Positions 28,816 through 37,322 of a stretch of 64,000 nucleotides of DNA are shown one piece after another (position 1 is the first letter of the stretch; every line of letters starts with the position of its first letter). This DNA is from Actinomycetes bacterium. GTDB taxonomy: Bacteria; Actinomycetota; Actinomycetes; DATJPE01. Where the stretch lies: NCBI GenBank assembly GCA_035506535.1, contig DATJPE010000033.1:35506-99505 (forward strand). Reading direction: 5' to 3'. The notes under the pieces were generated by a model that did not search any database, had not been told where the DNA came from, and was given only the letters and a program-made list of their open reading frames with translations. A program made the position numbers and the translations under genes.

Positions 28816-29670
28816 ATGGACGTTGTCGACGCCGAGGCCGGCGTGGCGCCGCGTCCCGCGCGATGGCGGCGCGTCCACCGACAACGCGTCCTCGCTCTCG
28901 ACGGGGTCGCTGTCGCGCTGGGAGTCCTCGCCGCCTGCGCCCTGCAGTCGGCCAGGGGTGGTTCGAGCCCAGCGCTGGCGTTCCTGGTCGGCGGTCTGTC
29001 CGCGCTGTCGTGGTGGGGGCTCACCGCGGTGCTGCGCGCATACGACCCCCGGCTGATCGGCTCCCTGCGCGAGCTCGCCGCCCCTCTGGCGGCCGGCGCG
29101 GGGGTTGCCAGCGGACTGGTCGTCGCGGTGGCGCTCGGCGTGTCTCAGGCGACCGCTCTTCTCGCGGCCGTCTCGTGCGGAACCGCGGTGGTGGCATCCC
29201 TGCTCGCGCGTGCCGCCATGCGGGTGCACCTTGCGCAGTCGCGGCTGCGTGGCCGGTCCATGAGCCGGGTGCTGGTCGCCGGGCCGGAGGAGGAGGCGCT
29301 GCGACTCGCGCGCGACCTCCGCGGCTCCCCCGCCCAGGGACTGCGCGTTGTCGCCGCCTGCCTGACCGAGGACAGCCACTTCCTGCCCTCGTCGTTGGAC
29401 CAGGAGATCACCGTGGCGGGAGGCTTCACCGACGTCGTCGCGGCCGCCCGGCACTTCGCGGTCGACGTGGTCGCGCTCTTCCCCTGCGCGGAGCTCGACG
29501 CCGTCACCCTGGGTCGGATCAACCGCGGGCTCGCCGACGCCGAGGTCGAGGTCCTCCTCGTGCCGTCGAGCTCCCCACCGGAGGCACGATCGGGAGCCGG
29601 GACCGCGCGCTCCGACCCGGAGCGGACCATCGAGATGAACGCCGGGACGGGCCAGGTCGTTCTACCGTAG
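28816..29670 (+). pseudogene. N-terminal half (TMs plus CoA-binding-like domain) of a WcaJ/RfbP-type priming sugar transferase, catalytic domain absent
   Basis: LRAYDPRLIG, RVLVAG, GLRVVAAC, EVLLVP, then a short unrelated tail and a stop. Confidence 0.6.
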
Positions 29671-29676
29671 GCACCC

Positions 29677-30408
29677 ATGGAGGCGTCTGAGGCGAGCACG
29701 GCCGGCATCGTGGGTCCTGTCCTCAGCGTGTGGGCGCATCCCGACGACGAGACCTACCTGGCAGCCGGCGCGATGGCCGCGGCCGTCAGGGACGGGCACC
29801 GCGTGGTCTGCGTCACCGCGACGCGCGGGGAGCAAGGTTCGACCGACCCGCAGCGCTGGCCCCCGGGCGAGGAGCTCGCCGCGGTCAGGACGGTCGAGCT
29901 GGAGCGCGCGCTGGCGCATCTGGGCGTGCACGAGCACCACTGGCTCGACTACCCCGACGGGGGATGCGCGGACGTCGACGAGGGTGAGGCGGTGGCCCGG
30001 ATCCGCGGTCTGCTCGACGAGGTCGACCCACGCCTGGTCCTCACCTTCGCCCCGGACGGGCAGACCGGACACAGTGACCACATCACCGTGTCCCGATGGG
30101 TCGGGCTCGCCGTCGACTCACTGAGCGGCGAGCGGCCTCGGCCGCGCGTGCTCCACGCCCGAGCGAGCAGCGAGTGGCTCGCCCGCTGGCGGCCGGTGCT
30201 GGAGCCGCTCGGGGTCTACATGGGCTTCGAACCGGTCTCCACGCCTCGCGCCGAGCTGGCACTGTGCCTCGACCTCGACGGCGACCTGCTGGCGGCGAAG
30301 ATGAACGCCCTTCGGGAGCAGGCCAGCCAGACGGAAGCGGTGATCGCCGCCCTCGGTGAGGAATTCATGAGCGAGGGCCTGCGCGAGGAGGGGTTCGTCG
30401 AGGGCTGA
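29677..30408 (+). CDS. PIG-L family deacetylase
   Basis: WAHPDDE, TATRGEQG, GHSDH, HxSQ-like EQASQ. Confidence 0.9.
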   Translation: MEASEASTAGIVGPVLSVWAHPDDETYLAAGAMAAAVRDGHRVVCVTATRGEQGSTDPQRWPPGEELAAVRTVELERALAHLGVHEHHWLDYPDGGCADVDEGEAVARIRGLLDEVDPRLVLTFAPDGQTGHSDHITVSRWVGLAVDSLSGERPRPRVLHARASSEWLARWRPVLEPLGVYMGFEPVSTPRAELALCLDLDGDLLAAKMNALREQASQTEAVIAALGEEFMSEGLREEGFVEG

Positions 30409-30493
30409 TCCCGGCCATTGCCTCGGGGGCCGAAGCGGAGAACGATGGCGCCAGCCCCCGCCCCCAGACGGCGAGGCGGCCCGGAGGTGGCCC

Positions 30494-30853
30494 ATGAGCG
30501 CGACCGAGACCCGCAACATCGACAAGCCCCACGAGACCCGCATGTTCACGGCCCACGGCTCCATGGACGTGGTCACCTTGGGCGACTTCACGATGGGACG
30601 CGGGTCCTTCGAACCCGGTTGGCGATGGTCGGCGGACGTCAAGCCGATCGCCGGGACGGACTCGTGCATGACGCGGCACACCGGCCTGTGCCTGTCCGGC
30701 CGCATGGTGGTTCGCGCCGACGACGGCAGCGAGGTCACCATCGAACCCGGTGACGTCTTCGTCATCGAGCCCGGGCACGACGCATGGACGCTGGGCGAGG
30801 AGCCCTGCGTGCTGGTGGACACCGGCGTCGCGGCGTACGCCAAGCCCAGCTGA
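30494..30853 (+). CDS. Cupin domain protein
   Basis: EPGWRWS, HTGLCLSG, PGDVFVIEPGHDAW. Confidence 0.88.
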   Translation: MSATETRNIDKPHETRMFTAHGSMDVVTLGDFTMGRGSFEPGWRWSADVKPIAGTDSCMTRHTGLCLSGRMVVRADDGSEVTIEPGDVFVIEPGHDAWTLGEEPCVLVDTGVAAYAKPS

Positions 30854-30856
30854 GCC

Positions 30857-31249
30857 TCAGGAGGACCAGAAGGCGTCGAACGCCGCCTGGTCCTCCGGGT
30901 AGACCCGACGCAGCACGATCTTCCCGTCACGGAAGGCGAGCAGCTGCAACGCGCGGTCGTGCAGCCTGCGCCCGTGACGCTCGCCGGTGACGTCGACGAG
31001 CGCCGCGACGTGGCCCCGACCGACCAGGAGGTCGACCGGGACGACCTGCTGGGTGCCGTCGGTGAGCTCGAGGACTCGGCGCAGGTAGCCGAGCACGGCC
31101 GCACGGCCGTGGAAGTCGCCGGAGATCTGGCTGCGTCCGGGTGTGTGCCACCAGATGTCGTGGTGCAGCAGCTCACCGAGCGCGTCGAGGTCCCGGGCGG
31201 CGAAGGCCGCGAACGCGGCGCGCGCGACGTCGACGTCGGCTTGGCTCAT
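30857..31249 (-). CDS. SnoaL-like / NTF2-family protein
   Basis: AFAARDLDALGELLHHDIWWHTPG, FRDGKI. Confidence 0.85.
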   Translation of the reverse strand: MSQADVDVARAAFAAFAARDLDALGELLHHDIWWHTPGRSQISGDFHGRAAVLGYLRRVLELTDGTQQVVPVDLLVGRGHVAALVDVTGERHGRRLHDRALQLLAFRDGKIVLRRVYPEDQAAFDAFWSS

Positions 31250-31289
31250 CCGTCTCACCTCCGCGGGACATGCTCCCGCCCTGGCCGGG

Positions 31290-32297
31290 CTACGGCGAGG
31301 AGGGGACGGCGGTGAAGTGGCGGTGCACGAGGTGTCCGTCGACGTGGGCGCTCAGCACGTACGTGCCGTCGAGCTGCGCGCTCGGCAGCACGACCACGGC
31401 GTTCATCCACGACAACCAGCCACGTGCGGTCGACGACGCCTGCGGATCGGTGAACGCCCTTGTCGTCGAGGACAGCCGGCACCAGCTCGTGGCGACCCGG
31501 TGGCCGTCGGCGGTCGTGAGCCGAAGTCCTGTGACCACCAGGCGGGAGGAGGACCCGGGCCTTGCGAACCACATCGCCGGACCGGCCACGCTCAAGCCGC
31601 AGGCGGTGACCGGGTCGGGCCACTCCTGACCGGCCGAGGTGCTGCCGTTGATCCGCCAACCTGACGCGGGCCAGGCCATGAGCCTCGAGGTCGCGTCGCG
31701 GTCGGCGTAGTGGCCACCGGTCACGTCGATGGCGACGGCGAACCGGGTGTCGGCGGAGGGCGAGGACCCGGACGACGCGCCGAACCCCATCTGCGTCTGC
31801 GTCGGGTCCGCTAGGGCGAGGGAGTGGAAAGGCGACTCGGCGAAGCGCATCACCTCCACCCGGGCTGACCCGGCTACCGCGTCCGTCGCCATCAACGACT
31901 CGCCTGCACCCCTGGCGGCCAGTGCCCACGAGACCGCATGAGCGCAGGCCAGCGACTTGCGAGGCGCGTGCAGGTCGGTGTCCTGCCCCGTTCTCACGAT
32001 GCAGGTCGCCGCGGCACGCGAACGCGCGTCGAGAACGGCGAGGATCGACACGGGCGGCGCCCCGACCGATCGCCGGAAGGCCGCGATCATCCGACGGTAG
32101 GAGCTGGATCCGGCCGGCTGCGCGATCGACGGCGGGAGCAGCGGCCGGGAGGCCTCGCGCGCGGCGGACGGCGAGGCGTGCACGACTGCGGTCGGGCGCA
32201 GGAAGGCCAGCGCGAGCAGGACGATGACGCACGCCGTCATCCGAAGCGCTCGGAACAGCGCCGCGCGAACGCCGACCACGACTTCCCCCCACCGCAC
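31290..32297 (-). CDS. Secreted protein with a degenerate CAP/SCP-like domain
   Basis: Signal peptide, FRRSVGAPP, SPFHSLALADP..MGFG; start uncertain (alternative 32240). Confidence 0.5.
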   Translation of the reverse strand: MRWGEVVVGVRAALFRALRMTACVIVLLALAFLRPTAVVHASPSAAREASRPLLPPSIAQPAGSSSYRRMIAAFRRSVGAPPVSILAVLDARSRAAATCIVRTGQDTDLHAPRKSLACAHAVSWALAARGAGESLMATDAVAGSARVEVMRFAESPFHSLALADPTQTQMGFGASSGSSPSADTRFAVAIDVTGGHYADRDATSRLMAWPASGWRINGSTSAGQEWPDPVTACGLSVAGPAMWFARPGSSSRLVVTGLRLTTADGHRVATSWCRLSSTTRAFTDPQASSTARGWLSWMNAVVVLPSAQLDGTYVLSAHVDGHLVHRHFTAVPSSP

Positions 32298-32465
32298 CCG
32301 TGATCACCCGGGCACTGCAGGATGACGTCCGATTCCCCTTTCGCCGCAAGGGTGATCGACCTTTCGCACACCCTCGGCGCACACGGTTTCGGCACACAGT
32401 CACGGAGCATGACCACTGCGCAACCACGCCCGTCGGTCGAACGGATGAGGGCCGATCGGCCGGCA

Positions 32466-32479
32466 GGGCACTTCGCCCC
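32466..32479 (+). promoter_or_regulatory. Degenerate DosR/DevR-like box GGGCA-CTTC-GCCCC upstream of the flavodoxin gene
   Basis: GGG-N8-CCC, centre 35.5 bp upstream of the end of -10 TAGGTT (32503-32508). Confidence 0.4.
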
Positions 32480-32543
32480 TGTCCGCTTCGGGGAGCTCCT
32501 GCCTAGGTTCGGAACGCAGGCAGCACGAACGCGGAGGTGGACG

Positions 32544-33077
32544 ATGAGAGCGGTCGTGGTCTACGAGTCGATGTACGGGAACACCCGCGCCGTGGCGGAG
32601 GCGATCGCCGAGGGCCTCTCGCCGAGGATGGAGGCCGAGGCGGTGCCGGTCTCGATGGTGAGGAGCGAGGCTGTCGCCGCAGCCGACCTGGTCGTAGTCG
32701 GTGGCCCCACGCATGTGCACGGCATGAGCCGACCATCCACCCGCAAGTCCGCGGTCGAAGCCGCGGCGAAGCCCGGTGCCGAGGTCCACCTCGACGAGCA
32801 CGCGGAGGGCGAGGGACTGCGGGAATGGTTCGACCGGCTGCCGCACCAGGCCGGCATGGCCGCAGCCTTCGACACCCGCATCGACCTGTCGGCTGCGATG
32901 ACCGGCCGCGCGTCGAAGGGCATCGGCAAGCGCCTGCGCCAGCACGGGATGACCCTGCTGTCGCCTCCGGAGAGCTTCCTCGTCGACAAGGCCGGCCACC
33001 TCGAGGCGCAGGAGCAGCAGCGAGCCCGGGACTGGGGGGTCGCCCTCGCGGCTGCCCTGATGCCGGCCACCGGATGA
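32544..33077 (+). CDS. Flavodoxin-domain protein
   Basis: VVYESMYGNT, VVGGPTH, AAFDTR; GGAGG RBS. Confidence 0.88.
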   Translation: MRAVVVYESMYGNTRAVAEAIAEGLSPRMEAEAVPVSMVRSEAVAAADLVVVGGPTHVHGMSRPSTRKSAVEAAAKPGAEVHLDEHAEGEGLREWFDRLPHQAGMAAAFDTRIDLSAAMTGRASKGIGKRLRQHGMTLLSPPESFLVDKAGHLEAQEQQRARDWGVALAAALMPATG

Positions 33078-33101
33078 GGGCCGGCTGACGGGGGCCGCTG
33101 C

Positions 33102-33743
33102 TCAGGTCTGGGGGGCCAGGTGCCGGACGAACCAGTCGGCCGCCAGATCGGCGACTCGGTCCAGGGCCCCGGGCTCCTCGAACAGGTGGGTCGCGCCGGG
33201 GATGACCTCGAGCCGGTTCTCGCAGCTCAGGAGAGCCTGCGCCTCACGGTTCAGCTCGACGACCAGGTCGTCGTTGCCGCCGACGATGAGAAGTGTCGGT
33301 GCCCGCACCAGGCCGAGCCGGGCACCGGCCAGGTCGGGGCGGCCTCCTCGCGAGACCACGGCCGCAACCAGACAGTCCGGATCCGAGGCCGCCCAGAGGG
33401 CCGCGCCCGCACCGGTGCTCGCGCCGAAGTAGCCGACCGGCCGGCCCGTCGTTGAGGCATGGGTGCCCAGCCAGGCCGTCACCGCCAGCAACCTGGAGGC
33501 GAGCAGGTCGATGTCGAAGACCATCGCCCGATCACCCTCCTCGCGCACGGTCAGCAGGTCCAGCAGCAAGGTGCCCAGCCCGGACTCGCCCAGGACGTCG
33601 GCGACGTAGCGGTTGCGCGGGCTGTGCCGGGAGCTTCCGCTGCCGTGGGCGAAGACCACGACGGCGACCGCATCGTCGGGCACGGTGAGACGACCCCCGA
33701 GCTCGGCGCCGCCCGCACCCACGAGGACGTCCTCAGCGCGCAT
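33102..33743 (-). CDS. Dienelactone hydrolase-like alpha/beta hydrolase
   Basis: FAHGSGSSRHSPRN, GYFGASTG, SRGGRPDLA, GATHLFEE; overlaps the SulP stop. Confidence 0.9.
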   Translation of the reverse strand: MRAEDVLVGAGGAELGGRLTVPDDAVAVVVFAHGSGSSRHSPRNRYVADVLGESGLGTLLLDLLTVREEGDRAMVFDIDLLASRLLAVTAWLGTHASTTGRPVGYFGASTGAGAALWAASDPDCLVAAVVSRGGRPDLAGARLGLVRAPTLLIVGGNDDLVVELNREAQALLSCENRLEVIPGATHLFEEPGALDRVADLAADWFVRHLAPQT

Positions 33744-35646
33744 GATGCTCCTTCTTCCGCTTCTTCCTCGGCTCGGCCGGCTCGGGCTGAGCCGACGTCG
33801 GCTCCTCGGGCTCATCGGAGCGAGCCGCGATGTGCTCGTGAGCGCCGAGCTCCCCCGCGCCCTCCTCGTCTTCGAGCAGGGCCTCCCCGGGCAGCTCGAC
33901 CGGGCTGGCGCCTCCGGTGCGGGCCGGCACGTGGCGCAGACCGTGGGCGTGGCGAGCCTCTCTTACCCCCTGGGAGATGCTGTGCCACGAGTGGTCGGGC
34001 CCCAGCTCGTCGAAGAAGCCGCATCGGCGAAGGGCCTCTCGCACCGGCCACATGACCCGGACCAGGTAGAGGTCGACCCCACGGCGGCGCAGGGTCGCGA
34101 GCAGGTCGGCCAGGGCGTCGGCGCTCGTGGTGTCCATCTGGTTCGTGGCCTCGAGGTCGAGCACGAGAGCCCGGGTCCCCGGGTGCTCGTCGACCATCCG
34201 GAGCACGCGGTCGTGGATCGGCGCGGCGGTCACCCAGAACATCGGGGCGTCGACCCGCAGCACGAGGACACCGGGGAAGGTGGGTCGTTCGTCGTGGTTG
34301 CGCACGCTGCCCCAGGCGGCCTTCTCCCCCGGCACCTTGCCCATCTCCTCGATGTCCACCCGGCTCGAGCGATAGACCAGGCCGAGCACAGAGCCTGCGA
34401 TCGCGATGAGCAGGCCGTCGAGGGGACCGAGGAGGACGACCCCAACCGCCGCGACGACGGCGGCGACGATGTCGTTGCGGCGCACCCGCGCGTAGCGGCG
34501 CAGCGCTCCGAAGTCCATGAGCCGCCACACCGCGTTGACGACGATCGCCGAGAGCACCGCCCGGGGCAGGACCGACAGTGCGGGGGCGATGGCGACGATC
34601 ACCACGATCGACATGGCCGCGGCCGCCATCCCGGCGACCTGGGTGCGCCCACGCGCCTCCGACATCGCGGCGGTCTTGGTCAGGCTCCCGGCGACGCCCA
34701 TGCCACCGAAGAGACCGGAGGCGACGTTGGCGGCGCCGGCGGCCAGCAGCTCCTGGTCGGCGTCGATCGGGTATCCGCCCTTCCCGGCGAACAAGCGCGC
34801 GGCGCTCAGCCCCTCAGCGAGACCCACGAGGGCCAACGCCGCCCCTGCACCCAGGATCGCCCCGAGGTCGCCCGCTTGGACGTTGGGCAGCTGGGGGGTC
34901 GGCAGCCCGCGTGGGACCGGTCCGACCACCTCGACGCCGTGTGCCCTCAGATGGAAGGCCTGCGAGACGGCCAGCCCGCCGATGAGCACGATCAGCCCCC
35001 AGGGCGCCCGTGGCGCGAGGCGCTGTCCGCCGAAGAGGACGACGAGGGACACCACCGAGATCCAGATCGCGATGTCGTTGGCCTGCCCGCTCTGCAGGCT
35101 TCCCTCCAGGGCGCCGATGCGTTCCACGACCTGCCCCCGAGGCGAGGGGACGCCGAGCAGGTGCGGCACCTCTCCCAGGATCACCAGGATGACCAGGCCG
35201 AGGACGAAGCCGGTGACGATGGGCTTGGAGAGGAACTCCGCCATCCAGCCGATCCGCAGGAAGCCCGACGCCAGCAGGACCAGTCCGGAGGCCAGGGCGA
35301 GCGCGGCCGTGTAGGAGGCGGCCCGCAGGGTGCCGGCGACGCCGAAGCTGGCGAGGAAGGAGCCGGACAGCACCGAGACCGTCGAGACGGGGCCGACGAT
35401 GAGCTCGCGCGAGGAGCCGAGCAGCGCGTAGGCCAGCAGCGCCACGGGGACGGCGTACAGGCCCACCTCGACGGGGGCTCCGGCGATGGACGCGTAGCCG
35501 AGGGCCTGCGGCACCGCCAGGGCAGCCACGACGGCGCCGGCGATCAGGTCACCGCGCAGCCAGGGCCGCTGGTACCTGGGCAGCCAGGCCAGGACCGGCA
35601 GCCGTCGCCAGCGGCCCGGTGCGCCCTCGACCACCGCGTCGCTCAT
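33733..35646 (-). CDS. SulP/SLC26 anion transporter with STAS domain
   Basis: GDLIAG..VPQALGYA, GSSRELIVGP, DADQELLA, STAS LVLDLE..MDTT. Confidence 0.93.
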   Translation of the reverse strand: MSDAVVEGAPGRWRRLPVLAWLPRYQRPWLRGDLIAGAVVAALAVPQALGYASIAGAPVEVGLYAVPVALLAYALLGSSRELIVGPVSTVSVLSGSFLASFGVAGTLRAASYTAALALASGLVLLASGFLRIGWMAEFLSKPIVTGFVLGLVILVILGEVPHLLGVPSPRGQVVERIGALEGSLQSGQANDIAIWISVVSLVVLFGGQRLAPRAPWGLIVLIGGLAVSQAFHLRAHGVEVVGPVPRGLPTPQLPNVQAGDLGAILGAGAALALVGLAEGLSAARLFAGKGGYPIDADQELLAAGAANVASGLFGGMGVAGSLTKTAAMSEARGRTQVAGMAAAAMSIVVIVAIAPALSVLPRAVLSAIVVNAVWRLMDFGALRRYARVRRNDIVAAVVAAVGVVLLGPLDGLLIAIAGSVLGLVYRSSRVDIEEMGKVPGEKAAWGSVRNHDERPTFPGVLVLRVDAPMFWVTAAPIHDRVLRMVDEHPGTRALVLDLEATNQMDTTSADALADLLATLRRRGVDLYLVRVMWPVREALRRCGFFDELGPDHSWHSISQGVREARHAHGLRHVPARTGGASPVELPGEALLEDEEGAGELGAHEHIAARSDEPEEPTSAQPEPAEPRKKRKKEHHAR

Positions 35647-35651
35647 GCCAG

Positions 35652-35671
35652 CCCGTCCCGTCCCGTCCCGT
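35652..35671. repeat. (CCCGT)x4 microsatellite in the sulP 5' UTR
   Basis: Four exact pentamers, 5 nt upstream of the ATG. Confidence 0.8.
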
Positions 35672-35707
35672 GGCCTCGATCCTGGCGTCGGCCACCCGAT
35701 GCGCCCA

Positions 35708-35721
35708 GGGACGTTGGGCCC
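35708..35721 (-). promoter_or_regulatory. DosR/DevR-like box GGGAC-GTTG-GGCCC
   Basis: 9/10 match to GGGAC-N4-GTCCC; centre 35.5 bp upstream of the end of sulP -10 CAGGAT (35684-35679). Confidence 0.55.
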
Positions 35722-35725
35722 AAGT

Positions 35726-35758
35726 GTTCACCGTGCGTTCATGTCATGTTCACCTTCG
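35726..35758 (+). promoter_or_regulatory. Three GTTCAY direct repeats at 11-bp period (PHO-box / OmpR-family-like)
   Basis: GTTCACC at 35726, GTTCATG at 35737, GTTCACC at 35748. Confidence 0.55.
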
Positions 35759-35803
35759 ACCACGCCGGCCCTGCGGGCAACCGAGGAGCTCTAGGGTCGG
35801 GCC

Positions 35804-36436
35804 ATGGGCGAGATGAGCATGAACAGGGCCATCCACGCGGGGTTCCGGCGCGACCTGGACCGCCTCGATGCGGCGCTGTCGGCCTTCCCGGCGGGCAACC
35901 AGGTTCGAGCGACGCAGCTCGACCGGGCCTGGGCCAACCTCGACGACCAGTTCACCTACCACCACCACGGCGAGCACGAGATCGCTTGGCCCGCGTTGCG
36001 AGCGGTCGGGGTGTCGGCGGACCTGCTGGCCGAGCTCGACGGCGAGCACGCGGCGCTGGAGACCGCGCTCGTCGACGTCCGCGCGGCCATGGCAGAGCTG
36101 GCGCGAACCGCGCTCGCCGACGACGCGAAGGCCGCCCTCGCCGCCGTCGAGCGGCTGCGCGAGGTGGCCGTCACCCACCTCGACCACGAGGAGGCCGAGC
36201 TGGAGCCGGTCTTCCTGGCCAAGCGGGACAGCCCCGAGCTCAAGGCGATGGGCAAGCAGTTCGCGAAGGTCAGCCCGGCTCGCGCCGGCCGCTACTTCGC
36301 CTGGTTGCTCGACGGCGCCGACGACGACGTACGGGCCGCCGTGACCCACCAGATCCCGGGACCGGTCGTCTCCGTGGTCAGCGGAGTGTTCGGGCGTAGC
36401 TACCGCCGGGACGTCGCGCCCGCGTGGGAGAGCTGA
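35804..36436 (+). CDS. Hemerythrin-domain protein
   Basis: IHAGFRRDL, HHHGEH, EHAAL, HLDHEE; leaderless TAGGGT. Confidence 0.85.
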   Translation: MGEMSMNRAIHAGFRRDLDRLDAALSAFPAGNQVRATQLDRAWANLDDQFTYHHHGEHEIAWPALRAVGVSADLLAELDGEHAALETALVDVRAAMAELARTALADDAKAALAAVERLREVAVTHLDHEEAELEPVFLAKRDSPELKAMGKQFAKVSPARAGRYFAWLLDGADDDVRAAVTHQIPGPVVSVVSGVFGRSYRRDVAPAWES

Positions 36437-36437
36437 G

Positions 36438-37223
36438 TCAGTTCAGTGGTGTGAACGTCGCGGCCCCGGCGCAGGCGCCGCCGGTGGCCGCGCTCGGCGA
36501 GGACGGCCCGGCGACGGGTTGCAGCCCACCGCCCTGCGAGTCGTACCAGAACCAGGACCCGTTGGCCGGACCCTGAGCCGACCCGGTCGTGGTGTACGCC
36601 CGCAGGCAGTAGCCCTGTGCGGTCGAGGCGACGGCCACGTGCGCGGTCCGGCTGATCCCCGTGATCGGGCCCCGGACCGCGTAGTTCTGGTGGTCGGAAT
36701 ACCACGTCTCCATCGCCTGCGCGGCGTTGACGAGAGCCTGCTTCGCGTCGGAGTCCGTGGCCTGCTTGATCGCCTGCTGCCCGGTCTGCGTCTCGGCCTG
36801 CGCGGTCCTGCCCAGGCCACGGAACACGAGGAGACCGCCCACGACCGCGACGAGCGCCACCACGGTGACGACCAGCCAGGTGCCGCGACCGGATCCGCCG
36901 CTGCCGCTCATCCGTACCGTGCCGCTCACCGGCCGGCTAGGCGACGCGTACGTCGCATCAACGGGGAAGCCGAACTGGTCGACCGCGCCTCCGGCCTGCG
37001 CCTGTGGTGCCCAGCTCGGGGCGGCGGGCGGCGTCGACGCGGGCGTGGCTGATGGGGCCGCGGCAGGTGTTGCGGGGGTCGCGGGCGGGACTGCCGGAGG
37101 CGTCGGTGCCGGGGGCGGCGCGGCGGTCCAGCCCTGCCCGGTCCACCAAGCGGGCTGCCCGGTGTGCGGATGCACGTACCAGCCGGGCGCCGGGCCGGTC
37201 GCCGGCCGGTCGGTGGTGGACAT
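36438..37223 (-). CDS. DUF2510-TM-pilin-like domain protein
   Basis: APGWYVHP..WWTGQGWT; TM; DAKQALVNAAQAMETWY and a Cys pair. Confidence 0.72.
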   Translation of the reverse strand: MSTTDRPATGPAPGWYVHPHTGQPAWWTGQGWTAAPPPAPTPPAVPPATPATPAAAPSATPASTPPAAPSWAPQAQAGGAVDQFGFPVDATYASPSRPVSGTVRMSGSGGSGRGTWLVVTVVALVAVVGGLLVFRGLGRTAQAETQTGQQAIKQATDSDAKQALVNAAQAMETWYSDHQNYAVRGPITGISRTAHVAVASTAQGYCLRAYTTTGSAQGPANGSWFWYDSQGGGLQPVAGPSSPSAATGGACAGAATFTPLN

Positions 37224-37293
37224 GGCTCCTCCAGACGTCCAGAGCAGCATCGACCGGGACCAGTCCCGGCTTGATAGCGCGTTCGGCTCCCGC

Positions 37294-37315
37294 TGTCGGC
37301 GGGACTCCCTACAGT
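37294..37315 (+). promoter_or_regulatory. PafBC-type (RecA-NDp) promoter TGTCGG-N10-TACAGT
   Basis: Exact match; 7 nt to ATG 37323 (leaderless). Confidence 0.75.
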
Positions 37316-37322
37316 CCCAGCC

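Noticed and set aside
27227-33077. P450 plus flavodoxin as a biosynthetic gene cluster
   Set aside because: No scaffold synthase or precursor peptide; intervening genes are unrelated and in mixed orientation
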